From: Geosiphon pyriformis uo1
Taxonomy: Eukaryota > Fungi > Glomeromycota
Assembly (NCBI GenBank): GCA_016748015.1
Contig: JAAOMT010000429.1
Span: 366,152 to 430,151 of the forward strand
DNA length: 64,000 bases
Direction: 5' to 3'
The notes under the pieces were generated by a model. It worked only from the letters and a program-made list of their open reading frames with translations, was not told where the DNA came from and did not search any database. Position numbers and translations under genes: made by a program. Shown one piece after another: positions 12,057-26,500 of this stretch (positions are counted from its first letter, which is position 1; the number at the start of each line of letters is the position of its first letter).

Positions 12057-12660
12057 TCAACTGCGCACATACCATCCAGTTTTCGAGATTATTTGACTTT
12101 TATATCTTGTCCTATCATGGATAGCACCTTGTATCTCTTTGGAATTAAGTTTATTTTCACCAACAGTTACAGTTATCGCAAGCAGCAGTAACTCATTGTT
12201 GTGAAGTTCTTCTGCACTCTCACGGCAATATAAATTTTGATCCAATTTTTTTCAATCATTTCTTCAATACATTGAGGTGTATGCTTTTCGGTTTTTCTGA
12301 ATTATATTTATTTGAATGTACATACGATTTTCAATATCATTCCCCCAGGAAATGATAGCACAACTGTAAATATTGCGGTATTGGGTATTAGACGAAAAGT
12401 TACAAACTTCGGGCGCTGAATATTCCACAACACCAAACATGTCGTCAGACTGTGGAGTAATCGACAGGATGACAGAATCCAAGATCAGACATAACAACGG
12501 TTTAAGAGGTTTGTTTTCACAACAAAACAATTTTCAGGATCTAAGTCCCCATGCACCAATTTTGAGTCATGTATAAATCTTATGCCACCAGCGATTTGAA
12601 AAAGAATATCAAGAAACATGCCCCAATTAGAGCAGTTTCGTTCACCTTTAGAAAAGGTAA
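12057..12660 (-). pseudogene. Degenerate TKL-type protein kinase fragment
   Basis: Frameshifted pieces: QIAGGIRFIHDSKLVHGDLDPEN, FGVVEYSAPEV..RNIYSCAIISW, WDQNLYCRESAEEL. Confidence 0.75.
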
Positions 12661-13349
12661 TATGATACTATTTCTTGTGAGGCTTAAGAAGAAAAGATGA
12701 AGCGATGTTTAGTAAAAATGAGAAGAATTATGAAAAATAATGAAATCAAAAATTTTACTTAATTAATCTTTCATGTTATAACCACTAAGTTATTAAAAAT
12801 TCTTTTGAGTCAATTGAGGTAAAAAAAAAGTAAAACCTAAGTCGATTATGCAGAATAGAACTTTCTTTAAATACCTTTTTTAAAATTTGAAGAAAAGTTT
12901 TTTGAAGAATTAATAGCGGCCCAATTCAAATAGAATCTTTTTAAGTTTTCTGTCAGTTAATTTTCAAAATTATTTTTTGTTGTATTATAAATGTAAAAAA
13001 CCTTTGGGCTTTATTAAATAAATTATAATTTTTGATAAATTTAGAAAATTGCCAAGATCGAAGAGATCAATTGTTTCTATTTGATCTGTATAATTGTTTT
13101 GATGAAAAACTTTTCATTTTCACATTTAAAATTTCCTTTATCAATTTCAAATTCTTTTCCTAAATAGAATTGGTGTCTGATAAAAGTTTTATATATTTAG
13201 TTCTTTAATAAAAACTACTTTTTCTTGTATTTTAGGCTGCTAAATATATTACTTTACCAATTAAATCAAGTATTATGAAAATTTACGGCTTGAAATTATT
13301 GAAAAATCTAATGCTTTATAATGAAATTTTTAATTTTTTACAATTTAAA

Positions 13350-14950
13350 TTTGTGTTTAAACACATGTCGATATGAAACAATTGTATTATGTATTATGAT
13401 ACATTATTATTAGTTATTGTAAATTGTAATTATTTGTTGTAGATCTTTTTTAATTAAGTTATTTACTGTGCTAATTTATATAATTGGCTATTTAAATATT
13501 AATAATTAATAATTTGTTTTTTGTTTTTGTTGATTTTATTTAGACAACAACTGAATATTTTTAATGTTATTAAAAGTTTTAGTATATGTATTTAATATTG
13601 CTAGAAAGTATTAAAACCTTCAATAATATTTACATAGTTACAATTATAAAAATAACCAATTTTATTTTGTAAATAATTGTAGTTATAGTTTAAGAAACTA
13701 ACTCTTTTACAAAAAAAAATTACTGTAAACTATCTAAAATTATATTTGTATATATAAATTATTAGTAGTATATTTTTTATGTTCTAAAAACAAATTTTGT
13801 TGTGTGTTCTATTACAGCTATTTTTCGAAATAATGCAACCAGTTTAGATTATTTATCATAATAATAACATGAAATAAAAAAATAAAAAAATAAGATAATT
13901 TCTAAAGTGGTTTCAGAAAATTTTCAGAATAGCTCAGGTCTAAAATAAAAATAAACTAATTAATTTACTGAAATTGATAACTAATCAATTTTAGAATTCT
14001 TAAAAATAATTTTTAAAAAACAATAAAACATATTTTTGGAAATAAAAACTATTTTATTGATTTGTAAATAAATAGTTTACTTGTAAGATATTTCAGCCAA
14101 AATATTGTAAAATAATTTTTTTTTGAAAAAGCTTTTCTTTTTTATATTTTTGAGTAGTATTATTTCAAGTTTTAATATTATTTTCTTTGCTAAAATTTTT
14201 ACAGACTTTTAAAAATCAAATGTATATTTGAGCAAATTACAAAATAATTTGGCAAACTTTTCAATATTACATAGTTTAAAATATTATGTAATCTAATTAT
14301 AGTATTTAGTTATTAAGAAATTATTAATAAGTAAAAGTAAAATTAAAAAATAAGTTTATATTAATTTTAACTCAAATTTCAATGATTAATAAGATGTATT
14401 TAAATAATTTTATATTAAATTAAATTAATATTTATTAAAGTCTATTATTTATTATGTATTCAAATTATATAATAAACTTATTACTATGGATTTTTAAATA
14501 ATAATTTGTATTTTGATTTAAAAGAATCTGTTTTTAATTTTTTTGCATATTAAAACTTTTGTGTTAAACATTAAAAATAATTGGTTTTTTTAAATGAAAT
14601 ATTTTTTATTGCTTTTTGTTAATTATAAAAACATATATATTACAGAAAACTACTGTATTACTACAAATCAACATACAAAATATCTATATAAAATGTTTTT
14701 ATAGTATTAATAAGAAACAATTAAAACTAAAACGTAAAAAGAATAATTATTAAATTAACATATTTTATACGATGAAAATACAATTAAATATATAGATTTT
14801 TATTTTTATTTTTATTATTTTTATATAGATATTATTAAAAACTAATTGTCTACTTTTAAAGCAATAGCTTTCATTAATTTTTAAGCCTAATTAATTTATT
14901 TCTTTATAAAACTAAATTCAAATTTATGACTAATTATTATCTTAATTGCA
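13350..14950. mobile_element. Very AT-rich, CpG-depleted block; probable decayed transposon, family not identifiable
   Basis: Composition resembles the identifiable decayed Gypsy; no readable motifs. Confidence 0.35.
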
Positions 14951-15200
14951 AAAGCATTTTTTGTTAGATATTACTAAATTATTTTATATAAAATTTAAAC
15001 TTTTTTATTAAATGATTTAATCTTATTTTTGCAATTTATTAGTATTGTATTAAGAATATTTACATTATAAAATTGAAAATTGAAATTAAAAAATTTATTT
15101 AGAAAATATATAATTTAAAATCACTTAAAAGGTTATTTAAAAATATTGAAGTAAAATAATTACAACCAGTAAAAAGACAATAACTTAAAAATTATTATTC
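14950..15200. repeat. Inverted repeat, partner 32180-32420
   Basis: TTTACATTATAAAATTGAAAATTGAAA and AATAATTACAACCAGTAAAAA occur in reverse complement at 32180-32420. Confidence 0.75.
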
Positions 15201-15529
15201 AAAATTTATTTATTCACACTATTATTTTAAGAACACTAATTCAAATACTTTGAAAATATTTATTGATTTTTCTAATATAATTAATTATAAATAAGCATCT
15301 AAAATTCGAGAAGTTTATACTGCGAGTTAAATACTAGAAATGATACTCAATTTTTTTTAAACCCATTTATATATATATAATGATACTTTTATTTGAATTT
15401 CTTCCAAAAATTATTTTTTTAAAAAGCTTGAAATTTAATTATTAGAATTTAAGATGAGTAAATTGAATTCTCAAGAAAAATTTAAGATTCAATTTGTTTT
15501 CAATAAGTATTTATGAACAAGATTAATTT

Positions 15530-16910
15530 ATGTAAATTTTTAATTGGAAATATTGATTATTTTAGAATAACAAAAGACAACAAGTTTTATATTTTTGAAG
15601 AATAAGTTTTTTATTGTATTAGTTTTCTTTTAATAAATATTGAAAAAATCAATGTTCACTCTATTGATGGATTGATAACAATAAATTTTAATTTAATTAA
15701 ATTATTTATAAAGAAAACCATTTTCTATTTTATGTAAATTTGACTTTGAAAAGATAAATTATATCTTTTAATAAATGGTTTAAATTATTGATGTTTCATT
15801 GTCTATATAAAAAAGTCAAGATATTGAATTTTTCCAAATTCTTTTAAATTTGAAATATATTTAAAACTAAATGAATATGAATAAATTGGATAGAGTATTT
15901 AGATAGCTGAATATACTGAATTTTTTGTTTATTCTTCTTCAAGAAAGTTTTTACAACAGGCCAATAAGATCTAATCTATTTTTATGACTAGGTTTTTATT
16001 TGTATTCTTCTCAATACAGACAGAATGATTGATAACTAATTATTAATAGGGTTTGATTTACGTTGAGATTTTTATAAATTTTCAAGGGCATTTGAATTTA
16101 GAAAAGTATTTTCCTATAATAACTTCCTATTAAATCGGGGGAAAATTATATGGCCAATTTGAAAATATTTTGATTTATTTCAATTTTTACCATTAGGCAG
16201 TAGGAACTAAGCCTTTTTTTTGAATAAAATGGTTATAATAATTATATCCTTAAAAAATTAATAACTATAATAATTCAGTTTAAAAAAATTAATTCACTTT
16301 TAATATGTTTACTAGTTGATAAAAAGGTCTTAATGTAGTTTTTGACCAGTTTCAAAAAAATGCTATATTTCATGAAGACTATTTAATTGCAGTTCGCGAT
16401 TAAAAACTCAAATTTTGGATAAAACAACATTAATGAAATATATACACATCTACCTTTGATATAAATTTGCTATAACTTTAAATAGCAAATTCCTTATAAC
16501 TTGGTATATGAAGTTGATTCAAAAACAATTCAGAATTTATGCAAAAATAAATATAAGAAATAAGTTCTACTTTGACCCTGTAATTAACTTGAGAGTATTA
16601 ATTCGGACATATTTTAACTAAAGATCTTTTCGGAAACATTTAGGAAAAATTAGTGAGGAAGTTTAAATTATTATAAATAAAATTGCTTTTTATTTAAAAA
16701 CATATGTATTATTTACTTAAATTAAGAGCATCAAACTCGTTTTTTGTGCTTTTGCGGAGATTTCTAAAATATATAATTTTCCTTTGTCTAACTGGTTGCG
16801 TGTCATTCATTTTTTGGGTGTACTTTCATCTGAACTTTCGTCGTCACTAAAGTCATAAACTGTTTCAAAAAGCAGTAATTCAGCTCTTAATCGACAATCT
16901 TGACAAAATC
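15530..16910. repeat. Inverted repeat arm (3' end and flank of the tandem-kinase gene), partner 27070-28550
   Basis: Long near-identical reverse-complement blocks, e.g. CAATTTTTACCATTAGGCAGTAGGAACTAAGCC (~16181) vs GGCTTAGTTCCTACTGCCTAATGGTAAAAATTG (27601). Confidence 0.9.
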
Positions 16911-19900
16911 GAAGGTCTGTGTTAGGTAAAGAACAGATGTAACAAGTTCCGAAAAATAGCCGGCGTCGTGCTAGGAGAACTATGATTTCAAAAATAAAAT
17001 TATTAGAGATAAATAAGGTGAGCGACGAAAGAGTATTATTACCATCATCCTCTTCATGGTCTTCCGCCAAATTTGAGATGAAAGGACCAATTTCCATTTC
17101 TCGCCTTCGCATATTGTCTAAAATGATCGACCGATAGAATATAAAGGCAATTTGAAAAATTTCATGAAATTAGATTTTTTGTCGAGTCAACAATATTCGG
17201 TGAAATTGAAATTAGAAAATTAAATCATGTAAGCATAACCAAAAATGTACCTAGTTCTTCACTTGATAATGTGTCCGAAGATGAGCAATGATGAAATTTA
17301 GGTCTCTTTTTGAAATCTATCAAATCCGGAAAAATAAAAATTTGTTTATTTTAGTGATCGGAATCATTTTAAATATAATCAGACAAGCATTATCCTCATA
17401 CCAGACTCTTGAATATCATCTTGTGTGCTTCCCACTTCGCTTGGCGGCTGAATTCGTGCTGTATTTGCAAAGAATGCGCGGATTTCATCACGAGAAACAG
17501 GGCCTAAAAATTAGGCACCGTTGATTTTAAGTTATAAATTTAAATTAAATTTTGTAGGGAAATCACAACAACCTTACCAATTATTATTTCACTAGGGGCT
17601 GAAGACTCGGGGATGAAGAATGACCCTGATTTTCTTCTAGAAAAACACTCTAGGGCTGAAGAGGAAACAGAATAATATCATTAGTAACTTCAATTGAATT
17701 AGTATTAACTTTAATGAAAAAACTGACCACTATCGCTATTTCTTCGATTTCTTGTAGTTTTCCAAAAAGCATCTGCAGTCACGTTATGCTCATCTGGTTC
17801 TAGCTTTGTTTCATTCATCTTCGGGGATAAAAGTGATTTCGGTATTTCAACAATCCGACTAATTTCTGTATTTTCTTCAAAAGGGTTTTTTTGTTCATCG
17901 CCTTCAAGTCCAAAGATGGACTTGATCACCGGGGAACATGAAGTTACTTCAAACTCTGGCATAGGTGAATTTGACATTCGTCGTATATTATGATTTTTTG
18001 TCAAAAATGATAGTGGTTCAATTCTTGTGACACCTTGCTCCAGATCCTGAGAATATGATTTGAAAATATCTGGACTTTCCATATTTCTGGAGTACTTTGT
18101 ATTTGCGCTTGACCATGTAGAAAATGTTTCCGTCTCAGTCGTGCTTGGACTAGAAAATGTGGTGAATTCATGTTGCTTGTTAGCAATTTTTTGTTGTTGT
18201 GCAATCTCTTGCTGGGCAGAGTACGGATTTATTTCAACCTGTCGTGCTGCGAAATCTGACTTTGAAGGTGATGATGCCGCCGATAACGGAACAGATTGAA
18301 GATCAAATTGGCGAGAAGCTGGTCTCGGTTTTAAAGCATTCAACGTGAAGCTCTTTATTCCGAATTGCGGATTTGAGTAGTCTTTTATATTTTCTAAAAG
18401 GATTTTTGTTGTTAGTAAATAGGATATTGAGCAAATGACTCCTAAATTAAAAACTAAGTATTCTTTAGCATATGATCAAAATTTTCATTCACCAAATTTA
18501 TTCTCTTCTTTTTTCGTTTTTTCGATCAAATCTGGAAAATGTAATTTTCGACTTTTAAATACTGCGGAAGGATGTTTGTATCGTGCATACGGTCGAAGCC
18601 TTTTGTTAGCTGATGGCAAAGAAAAGCTTAAATTCGCAGAATGATTAAGCAAAAAAAACCCATTTTCTGTAGGGGTCATTAACCCTGAAGAACTCAAACG
18701 GCCAGGCAAAGAAACAACTGAGGCATTTCTGGATGTTTTCCATTGCGCGTCGGCCAAATCTTTCAACGAGTCATAGCATTCAACAGCCGATGGCCTTTGC
18801 GATGGATCAATATTCCAACATCGTTTGATTAGGGCAGCAAACTTTTCCGGAATATCTTCTGATACATCAGGTCTAAGGCCGCGATATATTTGCAGTGCTA
18901 AATTCCCGTCATGGGCTTTATCGCCAAAAGGGATTTCCCCTGAAGCGATTTCCCACATAATCATGGAAAGGCTGTATATGTCGCTAGATGGCGAATAGGG
19001 TTTTCCAACCAGTAATTCAGGGGCAACATATGGCAGTATACCGATCACATTCCATTCAGTCGACGGATGAAGCCCGAGATCAGCAATAAAGGTATTGGAA
19101 CCAGATCGAAGAATGTTTCCAGGGTGAAGATCTCGATGTACTAACCCATTATTATGAATTCGAGCCAATCCATTAGCAATTCTTTGCAATGTCTCAAATT
19201 TTTCTTCCCATGTCATTTCGTCAAAATGCTTTCGCAAATATTGATGTAAATTTCCATTTTTTGCAAATTTCATTATTATTAGGAGATCGTGGGTATCAGG
19301 ATTTAACGAAAGTCCGTAGTAGTTAATTGTTTCAGGAGTGATACAAGTAATACCGTTTGTAATCTGGTGATAGATAAATTATCAATCACATAAAACTTGT
19401 TCCAGCAAGCAAAATATATTATTACCTCTTTTAACAATTCTTCGGTAATCTGTTTCGAATTCGGTATCGATTTCAAGACAAACTTGCCATCTGGCTCATA
19501 AAACTTGTCCCAGATACATGAACTAGCATTCCAGCCTACTTTGAAACCTTCAAAATATTTGCCAGAAAACACAGGACCAGCATTGCCGTTGCCAATTATC
19601 ACAATATCAGTAAACTTTTCGAAAGGTACCCATTCAATGAGCTGATTTGCACTTGTGGCGGATTTTTGAATGTTTTGAATGAATTGGTCAAGCATTTTGT
19701 TTCCACTAGTCCATTTATCAAATTCATCTTGCAAAAATGTGCGCGTGCAGTATTGACACCATCGTTCTTCTTTAAATTTCCCACCACATTTTTGACATTG
19801 ACCAAAATCCCACGCTAGATATTTTGATTCTTTCGCAGCAGATTTTGGATTAAATATCAACCCTGTTAAAATAGAAGATATTGAGAAGGGAAATTAGTAA

Positions 19901-21502
19901 ATGTTAAGGCAAAGATACATAATTCAAATTAATACTTGCAATCATCGGTTTGTCTCTCAAACACAACCTCCTCATTTTCATTTATTGTATTCATGTCTGG
20001 TGAATAAAGCTCAAGATCATGGTTTTGCTGAAGAGGCACTACGGTATTAGAGAATAATCAGAAACATCAACAAAAAGAATTTAAATTTCAAAGTATAGTT
20101 AAACCTATTTTACCGTCAATCGTGTTATCCCCAGAGAATGAAAGTTGCAAGGAATGATCTATTAGAGTTCCATTACCCAAGCTTTCCGATAACTTTTTGT
20201 TCTGATTTGGAGTTTTCAGGTTCCTATTTTCATCATTATTTAGGTCTGATATCTCTGCAAATCCCAAATATCGGCTTGTGTAAATAGCTTGAGGGTGTGG
20301 TGGAGGATAGATCGTAAGATTACTTTCATTGTAGGAAAGAAATTTTTTGTGATTTGTCCAACAAGAGAAAAAATTTTGACATTGATCAGCGGATGGTCGT
20401 TGTTGTGGATTTTCATGCCAACACAAGTTTAAGAGTTCCACAATTTTCCTCGGGATGTTTTTGTGAATTGATGGTCTTAATCCTTTGCAGATTTTTTCGG
20501 TAAGTTCATTGTCATGAGCACGGTCATAGAATGGTTGATGACCATGAGTCATTTCATACATAATCATTCCAAGACTATAAATATCCGAAGCTGAAGTATA
20601 GTCACTACGCCGCAAAACTTCCGGGGCAAGATATGGAAGGATTCCAATAACTCTTGAACCAGGTCTTTGGTCTACAGGCCCTATTAGACCGATATCAGAT
20701 ATTTGCCAAAGTCGAACTTCATGGGATTGTAAAATATTTCCGGGATGCAAGTTTCGATGTACGAAGCCATTCAAGTGAATATATGCCAGACCATCAGCGA
20801 TTTTGTTAAGAATATTGAATATTTGTGCGAGCGAGAGTTTTTGATAATTATTTCGAATAAATTGCCTTAGATTGACGTCCGCATACTTCATTATAAGGAA
20901 AAATTGATTTGTATGTGGTTGTCTCGTGAATCCTATATATTGCTGTATTGAATCATGTCCCGAACATTGTACTTGAGCTTGCATCTTCAGAAAAGAAAAT
21001 TCGATTCGATTTTTAAAAAGAATCCAAGAGAAAAATCTTTAGTTCAAATTGGAAAAATATCTTAATAAAACAACATTATACCAGCTTAAATGAGATTGTT
21101 TACTTCTCGTAAAAAATCATCAATAATCCTCCCTGAATTTCGATGTAACTTTAAAACAATCAAAGTTTCATCCCACGTGCTCCATAAATCATGCAAAGGA
21201 TCCCAAATAATTTTTTGTCCATCAAAGCACTTTGCCGAATAAATTGTAGCAAAACCACCTTCGCCAATAGGTTTGATCTCTCGAAACTTTTCAAAAGGAA
21301 TAAATTGAAGAAACCCATTTGGATTATCAGCATTCAATTGAGTGTCCTTTATAAATGAATCTATCAAAGCGTGACCCGAAGTCCAGCTGTGAAATTCTTT
21401 TTGAAAACGTTGCTGATAGCAGGGTTGACACCATTCACTATTCTCACGATATGCCCGACCGCAGCTTTGACATCGACCATTTGGGTACGCGGAGTATTCC
21501 AT
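16807..21502 (-). CDS. Tandem kinase protein: CxxC-pseudokinase (HRN), CxxC-kinase (HRD), Ser/Thr-rich tail with terminal CxxC..CxxC
   Basis: Phase-compatible exon chain: 21104-21502, 20114-20984, 19940-20038, 19426-19862, 18493-19363, 17728-18393, 17578-17655, 17402-17503, 17251-17316, 16807-17117 (possibly one more intron in the last). Domain 1: GEGGFA/IVLK/HRNLHPGN/DIG/APE. Domain 2: FVLK/HRDLHPGN/DLG/APE. Intron 19863-19939 is GC-AG. Confidence 0.8.
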
Positions 21503-23421
21503 TTTGGTAGAGTAACAAAAAAATTTGAAAGGCTACCTGAATTATTTACCAGGAGTTTGAATGAGGAATTAATAAAAACTACAAAAATAATGATGAGGAC
21601 AAATATGATTGATGCTGCATTTGAAATCTTATGAACACGATACAATACCTCATCCAAGTGATTTGGATTTCGCGCGATTATATGAGATAATCCCAATTTT
21701 TTGTTACAATTTTTTAATTTAATTAAAAGCAGACTAATTTCTTTATATTTGAACGTTAAATCTAAAAATATTTATACTTTGCTAACCTAACATTTCCAAA
21801 GGATAAATAAAGATGAGACTGGATAAAAAGGTAATCTTGTCGAATTGTGTGTTTCGAATATTATCGGGGAAGTAGCTGCGCAAACTGAACCAAGCAACAA
21901 CGAGCAATTAATTCTGCAAAACAAAATTATTTGTAAACATTGCTACAGAATATTTATTCTATTATTGATATTTTGAGCGCTGCAACAAATTCATTAACTT
22001 TAATATGCATTAAATGAACTGGAATTTCGATTAATTGGATAAATGCTGTACTTGTGTTCACCGGGTAACAGTTTAATGTAGCCTATTAAAGGATTTCGTT
22101 GCACGAAATCCTAAAAAGATCAGACTTGGACAACAATTTTAAGATTTGTGCTTTTGGAAATTGAGGTTGGAGGAAAAACTCCCTGTGGCCAGAATATCAG
22201 GATTGCCTTGGAAAGGAAAGACCGTAACTAAATATAGCGTTTCGGGATTCTTTAGCTGCAGATTTGGTAGATCTTATGCTACTTTAAACTCCAAACCAAC
22301 TTTTTTTACAATCAATTTTGATATTAAAACACAAGAAAGGAAAAATATTCATAGGCCTACGTACCTTAGACATTGTTTTTAAAATAAATAGCTTGAGCTA
22401 TCATGACTTAAACATTTGAGAGAATTCCATTTGTTCAAAAATTAAATTACAATCAATTTTTAAAAATTTTAACCGTACAAAATGAATATTGGAAATATTT
22501 GGGAAAGCTCGTTGGATAAATAAAAAATATAAAGTGACATTGATATTTATTTTTACTGTAAACTAAAGAATGATAAAAAATCTTAATTTCAATACCGTAT
22601 ACATTTTCAAGATAAAGCGAACACAAGTTTAGCCTTATTTTTGGTGAAATTGGGCTTGATGAGTTCTTTAGCAGGTAACCTTTTTAATATCGTACCACTA
22701 TTATTCAAAAATAAAAATATCAATTTTTGGGAGAAAACTGTGGATTGACTATTTTCATATAATTATATAGAAAAAAAATTGAAATTTCTTTTGGAAGATG
22801 ATATAGTTTTTAAATCATTTAAGGAGACTGTATAAATTTAGCTGAAAATTCTAAAATTAAAGTCTTCGTAAAATATGAGAAATGTACAGATATCCATTGT
22901 GAATGAACATAATTACTTTATCGATAAACGCATTTCTCTCTATAAATATGTTTTTCAAAACTTTGAAATTACGTTGTTTAAAGGCTAGTATCATAAATTT
23001 ATAAAATTATATTGTGTTTTAAGATTGCTTTTTTTATATATGCCAAATTTTTTTCAAAGGCAAAATTTTGAATACTAAGACTTCAAAAATGAGATTGAAA
23101 TTTTACACAATTTTAAATAAATTCATGAAAATTTTTTGAAAAATTGAATTATAAATATTTATTTTGTAGCTTTTGTTGAAACTTGAAAATTTATGCCAGA
23201 ATGAGAAGCATACAGACCAAAAATGGATCATCTTGATTTTTAACTAAAAAATATTTATTTGGTTTTTACTCTGACGACTCTGCAAAAATCGTGGTATCTT
23301 GGATTTTATGCAACTTCATCGGTCAAGATTATTGAAATACATATTGATCACTAAAACTTGGGCTAGGCATATATTGATTTGTTGAGTGAAGAGGCTTGTT
23401 TCCAAAACTAAAAATTTTAGC

Positions 23422-23473
23422 TAATGATACCACCCCTAGCCCAGGCCTTCACGGGATAGGTTAGGTATCATTA
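23422..23473. other. GC-rich 52-nt hairpin abutting the tRNA 3' end
   Basis: TAATGATACC...GGTATCATTA is a perfect 10-bp inverted repeat, with inner CCTA/TAGG and CCC/GGG pairing. Confidence 0.6.
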
Positions 23474-23474
23474 C

Positions 23475-23559
23475 AGCTTCCACCTGGGATCGAACCTAGG
23501 ACCTCTCAGTTACCACGTGTGTAACAGTTGAACGCGCTGACCAATTACGCCATGGAAGC
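23475..23559 (-). tRNA. tRNA-Asn(GTT) with an 11-nt intron (possibly degenerate)
   Basis: GCTTCCA/TGGAAGC acceptor stem, D arm GCGT-AATTGGTCA-GCGC, CT-GTT-A then intron CACACGTGGTA, GGTTCGATCC T-loop. It has an A31:C39 mismatch, a T-stem A:A mismatch and discriminator T. Confidence 0.8.
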
Positions 23560-26500
23560 AATATTCTATGGTAATAATTCGAATTATTTATTATAAAATA
23601 CTTGAAATTGACTCACGTATTTTAGATATATATATGATTGTAAGTAATTCATCAATTCTATCAACCTTTGATTAATTAAAACTTAATTGATTTCTAAATT
23701 TTATTTCAAATACCAATTTTAACTAACAAGTATGGGCTAAAAACTTATTTGTATTTTCAAATAGCGAGGACTTTTGGTTTGAGTTCTTTTATATCCAATT
23801 TTTATATATTTAATGTATTTGAAGTTCAAGAAATTAAAGAACTTCTCTTTTCTTAGTAATCGTACACTTTTGATTTTCTCTGATTGAAGATTTTCTCAAA
23901 TTTATGTTCTGTACATCAATAATTTCTCGTTAAAGGAATCTTTTGATTCCCTTGAAAATAGGGCTAAAAGTTATAGCCAGAGCAGATTAATCGTTTGCTG
24001 AAGGAATTTTTAGAGATGAAACTAGTTCGTCCATCATTTTATAATAAACGCGAAGGTTGCTTTAAATGGTTGTAACATAAAATCGACAAGGTGTCGTCAT
24101 TTGACAGATTTCTCATTTAGTCAAAAGTGAGTCCGCGAACGAATATTAAGACAAATTGCATCTAGACTGTGAGTTGAAAGTTCAGGACATGACGCAATAT
24201 TTTTTGTAGAGTCTACTTTCATTGTTAGAAACGGGGAAAATTTCTCACTTATCAATTCTTTTATTGTTTTTAATGAAATGATTCTCTCGAGTTTTCCCAA
24301 TTTTAAAAATGAAATTTATAAAATGATAGCTCTTGCCATTAACGTCAGAGAATAGGGTTAGGGTTAGCTCCCAAGCTTAAATTGCTTTACAAGGAAAAAT
24401 TTTAAATAAGGTTTTTAATTTTGTTTTTGTGATTTACTCTATATTTTATAAGGCCTCCGATTTTCTCCTAAAAACAACAATACAGCTAAATAGTCTATAT
24501 TTTGCCAATGGCCAAAAATTATTCCCAAGTTTGACGCTATAATACTTGCATCAATTATTTGATAATTTGAAAAATGATAAGAAAGAGAAAAAGTATTACC
24601 TTATAAAGTTATAAGATTTCAAAATTTGGTTAAAAATTAATCTCTACATGGAGGCAGTTAAATATAATCCATTCGTTCGAATGTCCAATATATTAAATTT
24701 AAGCAGAGAATTTTGCATTTTAATTTTTGAAATGAGAAACTTTTTTGAATTTTACTAACCATATTGGATCTTTCTTGAAATGGGATGTTTCTCTTTATTT
24801 GAATTGTTCAAATTCAAAGAAACTAATTAAACCGCTATAAAATTTACTAAATTTGTTTATTTAAAATTAATTTAAGGTTGATTACAGGGTTGTCGCCTTG
24901 TTTAGATTTCAATAAGTCCAAAACACCCACCTCAAAAATTAGAATATTTAAAGTAGTGGTGTCAACTTAAGAAGTTAGCAATTCAATAAATATATTAGAC
25001 AAAAAACAGATTTTTTCTGAGAAAAATATTTTTGGTTTTCTTCAAATTAGTCTCAAAATTTTTTCTAATATAATTTTTATGATACAAAGGTATAGAAATT
25101 GTTTTTCAAAAAAAAGGATCAAAAATTAAAGTTCAGATAAATATTTTAAATTTTAAAAAGCTTTCTATTCCCAGTTTGAAGCATTGGTATTCTGAGTAGC
25201 AGTCAGATTATAAAAATTGTCTATTAAAAATATCTGAGATATTGAATACTTTTTTAATATTGTAACTCACAACATTTTTAGCCTTCAAATATTAAAGTTC
25301 AGATTTTCATATAATAATAATTATTTAAAGCAATTTTCAAAAGTTTATTTGTATCAAAGCACCTATACTTTTAAGAAACACATTTTCGCTTAACTTATAA
25401 CAAGAGAACCAGAAAATAAATAATTTTGTCAAACTTTTTTCCATTATATTAAGAAGTAAAATTTTGAATAAATGACAAAAATGCATAAAAACTTAAGGAA
25501 ATTTCCCAAATGAAACAGTTTTAATTAAAAAAAATTTTCAGGTGAAATCAAAAAGTGATATATTAAAGTTTTTATGAAGCGAGAAATTGGCTCAAAATCA
25601 GCAAGGTTCAAGCAACAACTGAAATTATTATTCTAGCTAATATGATTAAAAAAGAAACTGACAAATTTTCCAAAATAGATCCATAACTTTGGACTAAATT
25701 TTTAAAGCAATAATTTTCAAAACTTGATTTCAAAAATACCTAAATTAGGTTTGCAATAAGTTGTTCAAAATATGATACAATACACTTGACTTTGAAACTT
25801 TAAAAGCTTTTCAAATAGAAAATTTAATAAAAGTATTAAAAAACAAGGTTTCTTAACAATCGATAAAAATGCATCAGATTATCAAAATTTCAAATATTGA
25901 AATTGTTTCATTTTTAAAACTGCTTTTTTGTTTCTTTGGAATTAATTATATCAATAGCCAATATATAAGTAAAATAATTAAAATTAAATACTACAAATTT
26001 TTAATATTCAATTATTTAATTATAACAGTAAATAAAGTAATTTTATAAATTTGTAAATTTTAAAATATTTTAAATAAATTCTTATAAAATAATTCTAATC
26101 TGATTTTAAAATAAAATAAATTTATGCAAATTACACAATGCTATTTTGGCAGTATTTAAAAATTTTGATTTATCTTAATACAAAGATAACATATAAAAAT
26201 AATGGTTAAATATTGAATAGAAAAAACACCATAAAAACTGTTGTTATAACAAAAAATTAAATGTAAATGTGAATCAAAATAAGAAATTTTTTAAAATTTT
26301 AAGAAAATAAATAGCAAATAAATTAACCAGCTTAATAAAAAACAACTATAAAATATTTTGTTTTAAGTACACTAAAAAATATTTAGATAATAAACTAAAA
26401 ATTGCGGTTTTATATAACTTAAAAAAATATGTTTATAATTTGTATAATGTTATATTATTCATTAAATCCACCTTATGCTTTTTTTACACATAAACCATCA

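Noticed and set aside
21364-21696. Overlapping ORFs 21364-21696 (-) and 21371-21634 (+), and antisense ORFs within the kinase, TF and DNMT genes
   Set aside because: Alternative-frame or antisense shadows of real exons and UTRs; no independent coding signal.
24353-24367. TAGGGTTAGGGTTAG telomere-like repeat
   Set aside because: Only about 2.5 units; can arise by chance.
24900-25950. Possible decayed LRR/F-box pseudogene
   Set aside because: Only faint fragments; no motif I can support without a search.
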